This document shows positions 46,800 through 56,850 of a DNA stretch of 64,000 nucleotides, piece after piece. Both the position numbers and the translations under genes were made by a program. The DNA lies in assembly GCA_963706045.1 (NCBI GenBank), contig CAVPLY010000008.1, positions 13,966 to 77,965 of the forward strand, written 5' to 3'. Each line of letters opens with the position of its first letter. Position 1 is the stretch's first letter. The DNA is from an uncultured Actinomycetota bacterium (GTDB taxonomy: Bacteria > Actinomycetota > Actinomycetes > JAHEKZ01). The notes under the pieces are model-generated. The model was given only the letters and a program-made list of their open reading frames with translations, was not told the DNA's origin and searched no databases.

Positions 46800-48482
46800 A
46801 TGGAAGGCGCCAGAACGGTCCGCGCCCCGCACGGCACCGAGCTCACCTGTTCGTCGTGGGGTGCTGAGGCTGCCTTGCGGATGCTGCACAACAACCTCGA
46901 CCCCGAGGTGGCCGAGCGGCCTGACGATCTGGTGGTGTACGGCGGCAACGGCAAGGCAGCGCGCAGCTGGCCGGCCTTCGACGCCATTGTGCGCTCGCTG
47001 CGCGAGATGGCGCCCGATGACACTCTGCTCGTCCAGAGCGGCAAGCCTGTCGGCGTGATGCGCACCCACGAGCGCGCGCCCCGCGTGTTGATCGCCAACT
47101 CACTGCTCGTGCCGAAATGGGCGACGCCCGAGTACTTCCGCGAGCTCGAGGACCTCGGCCTGATCATGTACGGCCAGATGACAGCAGGATCGTGGATCTA
47201 CATCGGCACCCAGGGCATCCTGCAAGGCACTTTCGCCACGTTCGCCGAGGTGGCCAACCAGCACTTCGACGGGACGCTGGCTGGCACGATCACTTTGACC
47301 GGCGGGCTCGGCGGTATGGGTGGTGCTCAACCGCTCGCAGTTACTGGCAACGGAGGTGTCGCCCTGTGCGTCGAGATCGACCCGTGGCGTCTGCAGCGTC
47401 GAATCGAGCACCGGTACCTGGACGAGCAGGCTGACGATCTCGACGACGCAATTGCCCGGTGCGAGGCGGCCAAGCGTGAGCGTCGCGCCCTGTCGGTGGG
47501 CCTAGTTGGCAACTGCGCTGACGTGCTTCCTGAGCTCGTCCGGCGCGGCTGGATTCCCGACATCGTCACCGACCAGACGTCGGCCCATGACGCCCTGCAC
47601 GGCTACGTGCCCCACGGCATCAGCCTCGACGAAGCCCTCGAGCTTCGTGAGGTGAAGCCGCAGGAGTACATCGAGCGGTCGTCGGCGTCGATGGCGGTGC
47701 ACTGCCAGTCGATGCTCGACTTCAAGGAGGCAGGGGCCGTGGTCTTCGACTACGGCAACGGTTTGCGCGGTCAGGCGCAGGATGCCGGCGTCACCAACGC
47801 GTTTGACTACCCAGGCTTCGTCGTCGCCTATATCCGTCCGCTTTTCGCCCGCGGTGCTGGGCCGTTCCGTTGGGCGTGCCTCTCTGGCAGCGACGCCGAC
47901 CTCGCGGCCACCGATGCCGCGGTCGCGAAGGCGTTCCCGGACGATGACGGCCTGCAGCGCTGGCTGCAGTTCGCGCACGACCGCGTGCACTACCAGGGGC
48001 TGCCATCGCGGATCTGCTGGCTCGGCTACGGCGAGCGCCACGAGGCAGGGCTCGCGTTCAACGACCTCGTCGCCAGCGGGGCGGTCACGGCCCCGATCGC
48101 CATCGGACGCGATCACCTGGATGCCGGAAGCGTCGCCTCGCCCGAGCGTGAGACCGAAGGCATGCGGGACGGCTCCGACGCCATCGCCGACTGGCCGATC
48201 CTGAACGCGCTGCTGAACACCGCATCTGGCGCGTCATGGGTGTCGGTGCACCACGGCGGGGGAGTCGGGATCGGCAAGTCGATCCACGCCGGCGTGGTCG
48301 TGGTGGCGGACGGCACCGCTGATGGGCAGTGGCGACTCGAGCGGGTGCTCACCAACGACCCCGGGATGGGCGTCATCCGGCACGCCGACGCCGGCTACGA
48401 GATCGGCTTGGCCACCGCGCGCGACGTCGGCGTCCGGATGCCGATGGAGGAAGGCACGCGGGCACCCGACTGGCAGCGCTAA
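46800..48482 (+). CDS. hutU: urocanate hydratase
   Basis: [46 protein letters not shown] and [12 protein letters not shown] motifs. ATG 46800 with a GGAGG RBS. Confidence 0.92.
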   Translation: MEGARTVRAPHGTELTCSSWGAEAALRMLHNNLDPEVAERPDDLVVYGGNGKAARSWPAFDAIVRSLREMAPDDTLLVQSGKPVGVMRTHERAPRVLIANSLLVPKWATPEYFRELEDLGLIMYGQMTAGSWIYIGTQGILQGTFATFAEVANQHFDGTLAGTITLTGGLGGMGGAQPLAVTGNGGVALCVEIDPWRLQRRIEHRYLDEQADDLDDAIARCEAAKRERRALSVGLVGNCADVLPELVRRGWIPDIVTDQTSAHDALHGYVPHGISLDEALELREVKPQEYIERSSASMAVHCQSMLDFKEAGAVVFDYGNGLRGQAQDAGVTNAFDYPGFVVAYIRPLFARGAGPFRWACLSGSDADLAATDAAVAKAFPDDDGLQRWLQFAHDRVHYQGLPSRICWLGYGERHEAGLAFNDLVASGAVTAPIAIGRDHLDAGSVASPERETEGMRDGSDAIADWPILNALLNTASGASWVSVHHGGGVGIGKSIHAGVVVVADGTADGQWRLERVLTNDPGMGVIRHADAGYEIGLATARDVGVRMPMEEGTRAPDWQR

Positions 48483-48538
48483 CCCACCACAACGTGTAAC
48501 TCTTCTGGGGCCATACCCACACGACTTGCACGGTGTGG

Positions 48539-49636
48539 TCAGTGGGGCCAGATGAGGTCAGGGGTCAGGTCGGAGACGGTGGGTGCCCCGAGCAGGCCCA
48601 TTGCCATGGCGAGCTCGGTCCAGAGGGTCTCGACAACCCACTGGACGCCGTCCCCGCCGGCGACGGTCAGCCCCCAGATCGCTGGCCGCCCCACCAACAC
48701 GGCGTCGGCGCCGAGGATGAGCGCCTTGGCGACATCGGTGCCCCGACGAATCCCACCGTCAACGAGTACTGGAACCACGCCGTCGACAGCGTGCACGACG
48801 CCGGGCAGCGCCTGCGCCGTCGGAACCACGGTGTCGAGGTTGCGCGCGCCATGGTTGCTGACGATGACGCCGCCAGCACCGGAGTCCACGCACCGCTGTG
48901 CGTCGTCGGGCCGCACGACGCCTTTGGGTAGCACCGGAATGGGGGAGAGGTCGACCAGCCACTCCAGGGTTTCCCAGGTGAGGCTTGGATCGAGATGTGG
49001 GTTGTAGGCACGCTGGTGCGGACGCGGGTCGGCAGGCATCACGACCGACGGCGGCGCGCCCACCAGGGCAGGCGGCTGCATTCCGTCGACAGTGTGTCCG
49101 CCACTGCGACGGTCACGGTCACGCGCACCAAGCAGCGGTGTGTCGACGGTCAAGACCAGGGCCTCAGCGCCCGCAACTACCACCGACTCGACGAGCGATG
49201 CCGTGAAGTCACGGTCAGCCTGCACGTAGAGCTGGTACCACCAAGGCGCGTCCGCGGCCGTACCCAACTCGGCCACAGCCGTCGAGCCCAAGGTGCTCAT
49301 GACCGCCAGTGCGTTGGCAGCCTCTGCTCCGCGACGCGTCGCCGCCTCGGCCCCTGGGTGGTACTGGCGATGGGCCGCCGTCGGCGCGACGAGGATCGGG
49401 TGCGCGAGTTCGCGTCCAAGGAGCGTTACGGACGTATTGATGTCGGAGACGTCCGCGAGGACGTGCGGGGCCAGCCGCAGATCGCGCCACGCCGCGTGGT
49501 TCCAGTCGAGGGATATCTCGTCGGCCGCTCCACCAGCAACGTAGTTCCAGGTGCGATCGCTGAGCATCGCGCGCGCAAGCGGTTCGAGGTCACCGATGCT
49601 GACCGCAGCGTCCGGAACGGAACCAGATGCGGGCAT
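48539..49636 (-). CDS. FMN-dependent alpha-hydroxy acid oxidase/dehydrogenase (LldD / glycolate oxidase family)
   Basis: WNYVAGGAADE, VLTVDTPLLGARDRD, VSNHGARNLD and VDGGIRRGTDVAKAL motifs. Start set at ATG 49636. Confidence 0.85.
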   Translation of the reverse strand: MPASGSVPDAAVSIGDLEPLARAMLSDRTWNYVAGGAADEISLDWNHAAWRDLRLAPHVLADVSDINTSVTLLGRELAHPILVAPTAAHRQYHPGAEAATRRGAEAANALAVMSTLGSTAVAELGTAADAPWWYQLYVQADRDFTASLVESVVVAGAEALVLTVDTPLLGARDRDRRSGGHTVDGMQPPALVGAPPSVVMPADPRPHQRAYNPHLDPSLTWETLEWLVDLSPIPVLPKGVVRPDDAQRCVDSGAGGVIVSNHGARNLDTVVPTAQALPGVVHAVDGVVPVLVDGGIRRGTDVAKALILGADAVLVGRPAIWGLTVAGGDGVQWVVETLWTELAMAMGLLGAPTVSDLTPDLIWPH

Positions 49637-49698
49637 CGCTGACTCACTTCCACCTCGAGGCTCCACATTTCGCAGCCTAGACGTGGCAGCATCGACGC

Positions 49699-50905
49699 GT
49701 GGACCTCCTCGTGCGCAACATCGGTCGACTGCTGCCGATGCGGGATCGGCGCCCGGTGAGGTCATCGAGAACGCCGCGCTTCGCATCGAGAGCGGCGTCG
49801 CGTCGTGGCTCGGCCCTGAGCGCGACCTAGCCCCTGGCCCGGACCTGCCCGAGCTGGACGCTCAAGGGGCGGTCGGTGTTCCCGGATTCGTCGACCCGCA
49901 CACGCATCTGGTGTGGGCCGGCGTCCGACGTGAGAGAGTTCGTGGCGCGTCTGGCCGGCGAGCACTACGACGGCGGGGGCATCAACACCACCGTTGACGC
50001 AACTCGCGCAGCCACTGCCGACGAGCTCTTCGGCCTCGCAGCAGACCGCGGTCGACGCATGATCTCCAACGGCACGACGACCGTTGAGATCAAGACCGGC
50101 TACGGCCTGACCCCGACGGACGAGCTCAAGTCACTGGACGTGATCGGCCGCCTTGCTGCCGAGCTTCCATGGAGTGTGGAGTCCACCTACCTGGGCGCCC
50201 ACGTCGTTCCGCGCGGTCGCGACCGGACCGAGTACGTCGACGAGGTCGTCGCCACCATTCCGGCAGCGGCGGCAGCTGACGCCACCTGGGTGGATGTGTT
50301 CTGCGACGAAGGAGTCTTCAGCATCGGCGAGACGCGCAAGATTCTGCAGGCTGCGAAGGATGCCGGGCTCTGGAACTCGGCTGCACGCCGAGGAGATCGC
50401 CCATACCGGAGCGGCCGAGCTCGCTGCCGAGATGGGCTGCGCCAGCGCCGATCACCTTGAGCACGTCACTGCCGAGGGCGCGCGGGCGATGGCTTCCGCT
50501 GGCGTCGTCGGAGTTCTGCTGCCCACGGTCACCCTCTCGCTGCGCACCTTCGCCTTCGGCCAGTACCAAGTGCTGCGGGACGCCGGCGTGCCGCTGGCGC
50601 TGTCGACCGACTGCAATCCCGGAACCTCGTGGTGTGAGTCGATGCCGTACGTCGTGCAGCTGGCCTGTCTCGTGTACGGCATGCCGGTCCACGAAGCTCT
50701 GTGGTCGGCCACCAGGGGTGGAGCCGCGGCACTCCGCCGCGACGACGTCGGCCACCTCTCGGTCGGCGCGTGTGGCGATCTTGCCGTCCTTGACGCCGGG
50801 CACGAGGCGGACGTCGTGGCACGACTCGGGGCGCCGGGGTGCACGGCCACCGTGGTGGGCGGTCAGGTATGGCAGAACCCCGCCAGCCCTAGTGTGAGTG
50901 CATGA
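49699..50905 (+). pseudogene. hutI: imidazolonepropionase with three single-base frame breaks (about 49734/49735, 49923, 50371)
   Basis: HutI sequence is spread over four frames: VDLLVRNIGRLL / DAGSAPGEVIENAALRIESG...GFVDPHTHLVWAG / SDVREFVARLAGEHYDGGGINTTV...TTTVEIKTGYGL...ILQAAKDAGL / GTRLHAEEIAHTGAAELAAEMGCASADHLEH...STDCNPGTS. The corrected length is about 402 aa. Confidence 0.8.
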
Positions 50906-51342
50906 GCGAGCCCGTTCCGTCGACCGAAGACGAGGAACCGTCCGACCCGCCCGGGCCTGATTGGCTCTACCGGCTCCGCAGGCGCTTCACCGGCGACAGC
51001 GCCTTCCGCCGCCTCGTGTGGCGGGTCATTGCCACGACGCTTGGCGTTGCGATCGTTCTTGCGGGCGTGGCCATGCTGGTGTTTCCCGGTCCGGGCTGGG
51101 CGGCCATCTTCCTCGGGCTCGCCGTCCTGGCTACCGAGTACGCGTGGGCGCACCGGTTGCTTGTGGCTACCAAGGACAAGGCCCAGGGAGCCGCGTCCTC
51201 GGTGTTTTCTGCGGAGAATCGCAAGCGCACGATCGTGCTGACCTCGATCGTGGTCCTGCTCGTCGCCGCGATCGTGTCCTGGTACGTCTATCGCTACGGC
51301 TGGACGACGAGCGGCGCCCTCGGCTGGTTCGGACTCGGCTGA
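50902..51342 (+). CDS. PGPGW-motif transmembrane protein
   Basis: LVFPGPGWAAIFLGLAVLATEYAWA is the signature of the PGPGW family. ATGA overlap with the hutI stop. Confidence 0.75.
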   Translation: MSEPVPSTEDEEPSDPPGPDWLYRLRRRFTGDSAFRRLVWRVIATTLGVAIVLAGVAMLVFPGPGWAAIFLGLAVLATEYAWAHRLLVATKDKAQGAASSVFSAENRKRTIVLTSIVVLLVAAIVSWYVYRYGWTTSGALGWFGLG

Positions 51343-51371
51343 CCTGCTGCGATACTCTGGCGGCTCACTTG

Positions 51372-51445
51372 GGGCGGTTAGCTCAGTTGGTTAGAGCGCT
51401 TCGTTCACACCGAAGAGGTCGGCGGTTCGAGTCCGCCATCGCCCA
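51372..51445 (+). tRNA. tRNA-Val (anticodon CAC)
   Basis: Acceptor gggcggt/atcgccc, D-arm gctc-agttggtta-gagc, anticodon arm cttcg-ttCACac-cgaag, T-arm ggcgg-ttcgagt-ccgcc. Confidence 0.9.
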
Positions 51446-51506
51446 CTCGCGCGACATCACCCCGATGGTGGTTGCCATCCAGCAGTGATCACCACACGAT
51501 GAGCAG

Positions 51507-52799
51507 GTGACCTTCACAAAGCGACTGAGCCCGACACGAACTGTCCTCGTGGGCGCGAGCACTCTGCTCATGGTGCTGGGGCTCATGGTGATGGGAACTG
51601 CTGTGGCGCCACCACCCTCTGGCGCGAGTGCGAGTACTGCTGGTGCCCCTGGTCGCTCCACGACGCCGGCGCTCGACCTGCCGGTCACCCAGCGCGCCGC
51701 CGCCAGGCCGCCTTTGCGGCGCCTCGCGGTCAAGTGGCGCCGGGTCGCGGGAGGCTTCGCCCAGCCCACAGAGGTCACCTCCGCACCCGATGGCCGAAAG
51801 CGCCTCTTCGTCGTTCAGAAGACCGGCACCGTGCGGATCGTCCGTGGCGGGCGAGTCGCCGGCACCCCGTACCTGTCGATCGGGCGCCGCATCGATCCGA
51901 GCGGTGAGGGCGGACTTCTCTCAATGGCGTTCAGCCCCACCTTCCGCAGGGACGGTCTGCTCTGGGTCACCTATACGGCGCGAGGTGACGGCGACCTTGT
52001 CGTGGCGCGATTGAAGGCGCGTAACGCCGGTGCCAGTCGAGTGCGAAGCAAGACGCTCCGCACGGTGCTCCGAGTCAACCACCCGACCTACGACAACCAC
52101 TACGGCGGACAACTGGCGTTCGGTCCCGAAAGGCGGCTCTACATCGGAGTGGGCGACGGCGGGGGTGGTGGCGACCCATTCAACGCCGCAGGTGACAAGA
52201 CGGATCTGCGCGGCAAGATCTTGCGCATCAACCCCTACGGCTCGTGCCACAAACGGCGCTACTGCAGCCCCGACGGCAACCCATTCGTCGGTAAGCGCGG
52301 CCGCGACGAGATCTGGCTGATGGGTCTGCGCAACCCGTGGCGGTTCAGCTTTGACCCCCGCACCGACAACCTGTGGATCGGCGATGTCGGTCAGGAAGAC
52401 TACGAAGAGATCGACCGGGTCGGCCCGCGTCCTCGACGGATCCATCTGGGGTGGTCCTGCAAAGAGGGTCGTAGCACCTACAACGCCAGCCGCTGCCGCA
52501 GCTCGGTCAACTACCTCGGACCGGTGACAGTCGTGGGCCACCCCATGGCCGAGTCGATCACGGGCGGATTCGTCTACCGGGGCCCCCGGTATCGCGACCA
52601 GATCGGCGGCGCCTACGTGTTCGCCGACTTCATCACCAGACGGGTCTGGCTCTACCGACCCGGCGTTGGAAAGGTGCTGCAGGCTGACCGGCTCGGCGGC
52701 GGAATCGGTGCCACGTCGTTCGGCGTGGACGATCGTGGAGAGATCTACGCGGTCACCTACGACGGCGTGCTGTGGCGAATGCGGGTGGCTCGCAGGTAA
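51507..52799 (+). CDS. PQQ-dependent sugar dehydrogenase (soluble glucose/sorbosone dehydrogenase-like beta-propeller), secreted
   Basis: Signal-like N-terminus. GEGGLLSMAFSP, HYGGQLAFGPERRLYIGVGDGG, LRGKILRINP, GLRNPWRFSFD and IGDVGQEDYEEI motifs. Confidence 0.85.
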   Translation: MTFTKRLSPTRTVLVGASTLLMVLGLMVMGTAVAPPPSGASASTAGAPGRSTTPALDLPVTQRAAARPPLRRLAVKWRRVAGGFAQPTEVTSAPDGRKRLFVVQKTGTVRIVRGGRVAGTPYLSIGRRIDPSGEGGLLSMAFSPTFRRDGLLWVTYTARGDGDLVVARLKARNAGASRVRSKTLRTVLRVNHPTYDNHYGGQLAFGPERRLYIGVGDGGGGGDPFNAAGDKTDLRGKILRINPYGSCHKRRYCSPDGNPFVGKRGRDEIWLMGLRNPWRFSFDPRTDNLWIGDVGQEDYEEIDRVGPRPRRIHLGWSCKEGRSTYNASRCRSSVNYLGPVTVVGHPMAESITGGFVYRGPRYRDQIGGAYVFADFITRRVWLYRPGVGKVLQADRLGGGIGATSFGVDDRGEIYAVTYDGVLWRMRVARR

Positions 52800-52868
52800 G
52801 TCGAGGGCGGACGAGCCACCGCGCTGGGTACGATCAGCGCGTCCCGCCGCTACCAGCAAGGAGCCACC

Positions 52869-54857
52869 GTGTCTGACCTGTCGATCACCGTTGCCGGAAG
52901 CGCGCGGCAGGTGGCATCGGGCACGACGGCCGCTGACCTGTTCGCTGACGACCGGTCGATCGTGGTGGCCCGCGTCAACAACGAGCTGCGCGACCTTGCC
53001 CAGGTGCTCGACGCCGGCGACGTCGTCGAGCCGGTCGCGATCGACTCCGACGACGGCCTCGCGGTGCTGCGTCACTCGTGCGCCCACGTTCTGGCGCAAG
53101 CCGTGCAAGACACCTTCGACGACGCCAAGCTCGGTATCGGCCCGCCCATCAAGGACGGCTTCTACTACGACTTCGACGTCGAGACACCGTTCACGCCCGA
53201 AGACCTCAAGCGCCTCGAGAAGCGCATGATCTCGATCATCAAGTCGGGGCAGCGGTTCGGACGCCGAGTGGTTGCCGAGGACGAGGCGCGCGCCGAGCTC
53301 GTCGACGAGCCGTACAAGCTCGAGCTCATCGGTCTCAAGGGTGGCGCCGTCGACGATGACGTCATGGAGGTCGGCGGAGCCGAGCTCACCATCTACGAGA
53401 ACGTCGACGCCAAGAGCGGCGAACGCAAGTGGCAAGACCTGTGCCGCGGCCCACATCTGCCGTCGACCAGGCTCATCCCGGCGTTCAAGCTCATGCGCTC
53501 GGCCGCCGCGTACTGGCGGGGCAGCGAGGCCAACCCCCAGCTGCAGCGCATCTATGGCACCGCTTGGCCCAGCAAGGACGAGCTGACCGCGTACCTGACG
53601 TTCCTCGAGGAGGCTGAGCGGCGCGATCATCGCCGTCTCGGCGCCGAGCTCGATCTGTTCTCGTTCCCTGAAGAAATCGGATCGGGGCTCGCGGTGTTCC
53701 ACCCCAAGGGCGGCACCGTGCGACGCGTCATGGAGGACTACTCGCGCACCCGCCACGAGGAGGCTGGCTACGAGTTCGTCAACTCACCGCACATCACCAA
53801 GCAGGGTCTCTTTGAGACCTCCGGGCACCTCGAGTGGTACGCCGAAGGCATGTACCCGCCCATGCACCTCGATGCGGAGTACGACGAGGACGGCAGTGTG
53901 CGGCGTCCCGGGCAGAACTACTACCTCAAGCCGATGAACTGCCCGTTCCACAACCTGATCTACAGCGCACGCGGTCGGTCGTACCGTGACCTGCCAATGC
54001 GGCTCTTTGAGTTCGGGTCGGTGTACCGCTACGAGAAGTCGGGTGTGGTGCACGGCCTCACCCGCGTCAGGGGCATGACGCAGGACGACGCGCACATCTA
54101 CTGCACCAAGGAGCAGATGCCGGCAGAGCTCGACAGCCTGCTCACCTTCGTGCTCGACCTGTTGCGCGACTACGGACTCGACGACTTCTACCTCGAGCTC
54201 TCGACGCGCAACGACGAGAAGTACGTCGGCGAGCACGCCGAGTGGGAGGAGGCCACTGAGGCCCTGCGCCAGGCAGCCGACAAGCAGAACCTCGAGCTCG
54301 TGCTGGACGAGGGTGGTGCTGCCTTCTACGGCCCGAAAATCTCGGTGCAAACCAAAGACGCCATCGGACGCACCTGGCAGATGTCGACGATCCAGGTCGA
54401 CTTCCAGCTGCCGCAGCGCTTCAACCTCGAGTACCAGGCGGCCGATGGCACCAGGCAGCAGCCGGTGATGATCCACCGCGCCCTCTTCGGGTCGATCGAG
54501 CGCTTCTTTGCGGTGTTGCTCGAGCACTACGCCGGCGCGTTCCCCGCCTGGCTCGCGCCAGTGCAGGTGGTCGGCATTCCCATTTCCGATGCACACGTCG
54601 ACTACCTGTCCGACGTGGCCGCTCAGTTGCGTAGCCGAGGCATTCGGGTCGAGGTCGATGCGTCTGACGAACGCATGCAGAAGAAGATTCGCACGGCACA
54701 GAAGCAGAAGATTCCGTTCATGCTGCTGGCCGGCGACGAGGACGTCAGCAACGGTGCCGTCTCGTTCCGATTCCGTGACGGAACTCAGGAGAACGGGATC
54801 CCGATAGCCGACGCTGTCGAACGCATCGTCACCGACGTGGCCGAACGCAGGGCATAG
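52869..54857 (+). CDS. thrS: threonine--tRNA ligase
   Basis: TGS and editing domains, class II motifs ([30 protein letters not shown]) and an anticodon-binding C-terminus. Confidence 0.95.
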   Translation: MSDLSITVAGSARQVASGTTAADLFADDRSIVVARVNNELRDLAQVLDAGDVVEPVAIDSDDGLAVLRHSCAHVLAQAVQDTFDDAKLGIGPPIKDGFYYDFDVETPFTPEDLKRLEKRMISIIKSGQRFGRRVVAEDEARAELVDEPYKLELIGLKGGAVDDDVMEVGGAELTIYENVDAKSGERKWQDLCRGPHLPSTRLIPAFKLMRSAAAYWRGSEANPQLQRIYGTAWPSKDELTAYLTFLEEAERRDHRRLGAELDLFSFPEEIGSGLAVFHPKGGTVRRVMEDYSRTRHEEAGYEFVNSPHITKQGLFETSGHLEWYAEGMYPPMHLDAEYDEDGSVRRPGQNYYLKPMNCPFHNLIYSARGRSYRDLPMRLFEFGSVYRYEKSGVVHGLTRVRGMTQDDAHIYCTKEQMPAELDSLLTFVLDLLRDYGLDDFYLELSTRNDEKYVGEHAEWEEATEALRQAADKQNLELVLDEGGAAFYGPKISVQTKDAIGRTWQMSTIQVDFQLPQRFNLEYQAADGTRQQPVMIHRALFGSIERFFAVLLEHYAGAFPAWLAPVQVVGIPISDAHVDYLSDVAAQLRSRGIRVEVDASDERMQKKIRTAQKQKIPFMLLAGDEDVSNGAVSFRFRDGTQENGIPIADAVERIVTDVAERRA

Positions 54858-54868
54858 GGGGCAACGAG

Positions 54869-55417
54869 ATGGAGTCCGATCCAGACGGCATGCAACGGCT
54901 CTGGGCTCCTGATCGACTCGCCTACATCCTGGGCGAGAACCGCCCCGACTCCACCGACGAGGGGGACGCCTGCCCGTTCTGCCGCGCCCCCGGAGAGCCG
55001 GATGACACTTCCCTCGTCGTGGCCAGGGGGCAGTACGCCTATGTGGTGCTGAACCTCTACCCCTACAACCCTGGTCATGCGCTGATCTGCACCTACCGCC
55101 ACGTCGCCGGGTTCGTCGACCTCACGTCCGACGAGGCGCATGAAGTCAGCGATCTGACGCAACAGACGATCGCCGCGATGCAACGGAGCCTCCTGCCGCA
55201 TGGTTTGAACCTCGGCATGAACCAAGGAACGGTTGGGGGTGCGGGAATCGCAGCCCACCTGCATCAGCATGTGGTGCCTCGTTGGGGAGGCGACACCAAC
55301 TTCATGCCGGTCGTGGCTGGCACCAAGGTCATGCCCCAGTCGTTGACCGACACCCGTGATGCCCTGCGCGCTGCCTGGCCCGAGGAGACTTCGCCAGCTA
55401 GCGGTTCGGACGGTTGA
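54869..55417 (+). CDS. HIT-family hydrolase
   Basis: Histidine triad AHLHQHVVPRW. Position after thrS as in other actinobacteria. Confidence 0.85.
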   Translation: MESDPDGMQRLWAPDRLAYILGENRPDSTDEGDACPFCRAPGEPDDTSLVVARGQYAYVVLNLYPYNPGHALICTYRHVAGFVDLTSDEAHEVSDLTQQTIAAMQRSLLPHGLNLGMNQGTVGGAGIAAHLHQHVVPRWGGDTNFMPVVAGTKVMPQSLTDTRDALRAAWPEETSPASGSDG

Positions 55418-56291
55418 GCACGCGCTCCAGCGGTAGGAAGGCTGCCAGGCAGACAACGTGCGGCATGAAGATGATCCGGATCATCAGGAACGTCATTACA
55501 TGGAACGACACCAAGAACGCGACGGCGTACTGCTGCACCTTCGGCCGCACGAACAGCAATACGGGAGAGACGAACTCCAAGATCACGATGAACCACTGCG
55601 ACAGCTGCAAGGTCCACGGCATCTGCAGCAGAGGATCGGCAAACATCGTTCCGCGCCGAATCACCGCACGCGCGATCGTCGTCGAGTTGACCCAGCCCCA
55701 GCCCCCGAACCGCACCTTGGCCACCGCTGCCAGGAAGTAAGTGGCCACCACCCCTACCTGCACCATGCGCAGGGCCCACCCCGCCGCCGGCGACGGCGTC
55801 ATGTCGCGCAAGGCGGCGCGTCCGGCAGTAGGCAGGACGGCCAGGGCCACCAAGAACGCGAAGCGGTCGTGGTCGACCTTGCCGTACGAGAAGCTGATGA
55901 CCATCCACTGCAGGTAGAAGAGGAAGGCGCCGGCTCCCAGCCAGGCCTGCAGCCGGTGCGCCCGGTCTCGGGCGATCAGGACCAGTAGGCCGATGGCCAT
56001 CGCCACCATGCCGTACTGAATGACGAACACCATGGTCGGCGTCGGCGTGGGGAGCGGCAGCAGACGTCCGATCAGCAGCGGCCGGTAGAGGTCGCCGTCG
56101 ACATAGCCGTGCGCGGCTCCCCAGGGCCGGAGTAGCAGGACATCGAGCGGAAGGAAGGCATAGATCAGGACGCGAAACGCTGCGATCCTGGCGCGAGGGA
56201 CCGGCGCGAACCACCAACCATTCACCGCGGCTGAGAGACGACGGCCAACGCCTGGACTTGGCGACTGCAGGGCGGCGTCAGAAGTGGTCAT
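55398..56291 (-). CDS. HTTM-domain polytopic membrane protein (SdpB-like)
   Basis: About 8 TM helices. AAFRVLIYAFLPLDVLL ... DHDRFAFLVALAVLP pattern of HTTM proteins. ATGA overlap with the upstream gene. Confidence 0.7.
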   Translation of the reverse strand: MTTSDAALQSPSPGVGRRLSAAVNGWWFAPVPRARIAAFRVLIYAFLPLDVLLLRPWGAAHGYVDGDLYRPLLIGRLLPLPTPTPTMVFVIQYGMVAMAIGLLVLIARDRAHRLQAWLGAGAFLFYLQWMVISFSYGKVDHDRFAFLVALAVLPTAGRAALRDMTPSPAAGWALRMVQVGVVATYFLAAVAKVRFGGWGWVNSTTIARAVIRRGTMFADPLLQMPWTLQLSQWFIVILEFVSPVLLFVRPKVQQYAVAFLVSFHVMTFLMIRIIFMPHVVCLAAFLPLERVLNRPNR

Positions 56292-56767
56292 GGCTGCTCC
56301 TCGTCGTCCGCGCTCCACTCGGCGAGCACGGTCTCAAGAACCTCACCCGTGGGGACCTTGTCGACGACGACAGTTGCCTGGCGCACGATGCGCAGGTCGG
56401 TCCAAGCGGGCTCGTCGGGTCGCAGGGCAGCGCGGCTTGCTGCGACGGCGCTGAGCAGGGCAGGGTCGTCCTCGAACCGCGGGAGCTGCCCCTCGAACTC
56501 GGCCACGTTCATGCCGACCGACTCCGGCGAGGGACGCACGAGCGTCCAGTCGCTGCCCTCGGTCTTCACCTGGAGGGCCACAACGGCCACCTGACCCGTC
56601 GACTGGCTGCTGGTGGCATACATGCGGAACGGCCCTAGCGGGAAGTGGTCGTCGCTGCCGAAGAACGCGCCGACGACCAAGAGGCCGAAGACGACGGCGG
56701 CCGCTGCCAGACGTGATCGGCGGCCGGCAGCACTGAGCGGCGCTACAGCTTCGGTCGTGGAAGTCAC
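56288..56767 (-). CDS. hypothetical membrane-anchored protein coupled to the HTTM gene (possible SdpA-like partner)
   Basis: 159 aa, N-terminal TM (LAAAAVVFGLLVVGAFF), translationally coupled to the HTTM gene. The SdpA assignment rests on size and position only. Confidence 0.5.
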   Translation of the reverse strand: MTSTTEAVAPLSAAGRRSRLAAAAVVFGLLVVGAFFGSDDHFPLGPFRMYATSSQSTGQVAVVALQVKTEGSDWTLVRPSPESVGMNVAEFEGQLPRFEDDPALLSAVAASRAALRPDEPAWTDLRIVRQATVVVDKVPTGEVLETVLAEWSADDEEQP

Positions 56768-56797
56768 TGCGTCACCCTAGGTCAGGCCCGCTGGGCG

Positions 56798-56850
56798 TTG
56801 GACCCACTCGTCGTGGGACCCCTATTCGTTGGACCCCTATTCGTTGGACT
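56798..56850. repeat. about 3.5 copies of a 15-16-bp tandem repeat (ttggacccctattcg) spanning the EF-G2 stop codon
   Basis: 56814-56828 and 56829-56843 are near-identical. A degenerate copy lies at 56798-56813 and a partial copy at 56844-56850. Confidence 0.7.

Noticed and set aside
52800-52868. Possible T-box or other leader upstream of thrS
   Set aside because: Only 69 nt are available, with no specifier or T-box sequence and no terminator/antiterminator pair visible.
51921-53756. 611-aa minus-strand ORF antisense to the PQQ dehydrogenase and thrS
   Set aside because: It spans two unrelated, well-supported plus-strand genes and their intergenic gap, so it cannot be a real gene.
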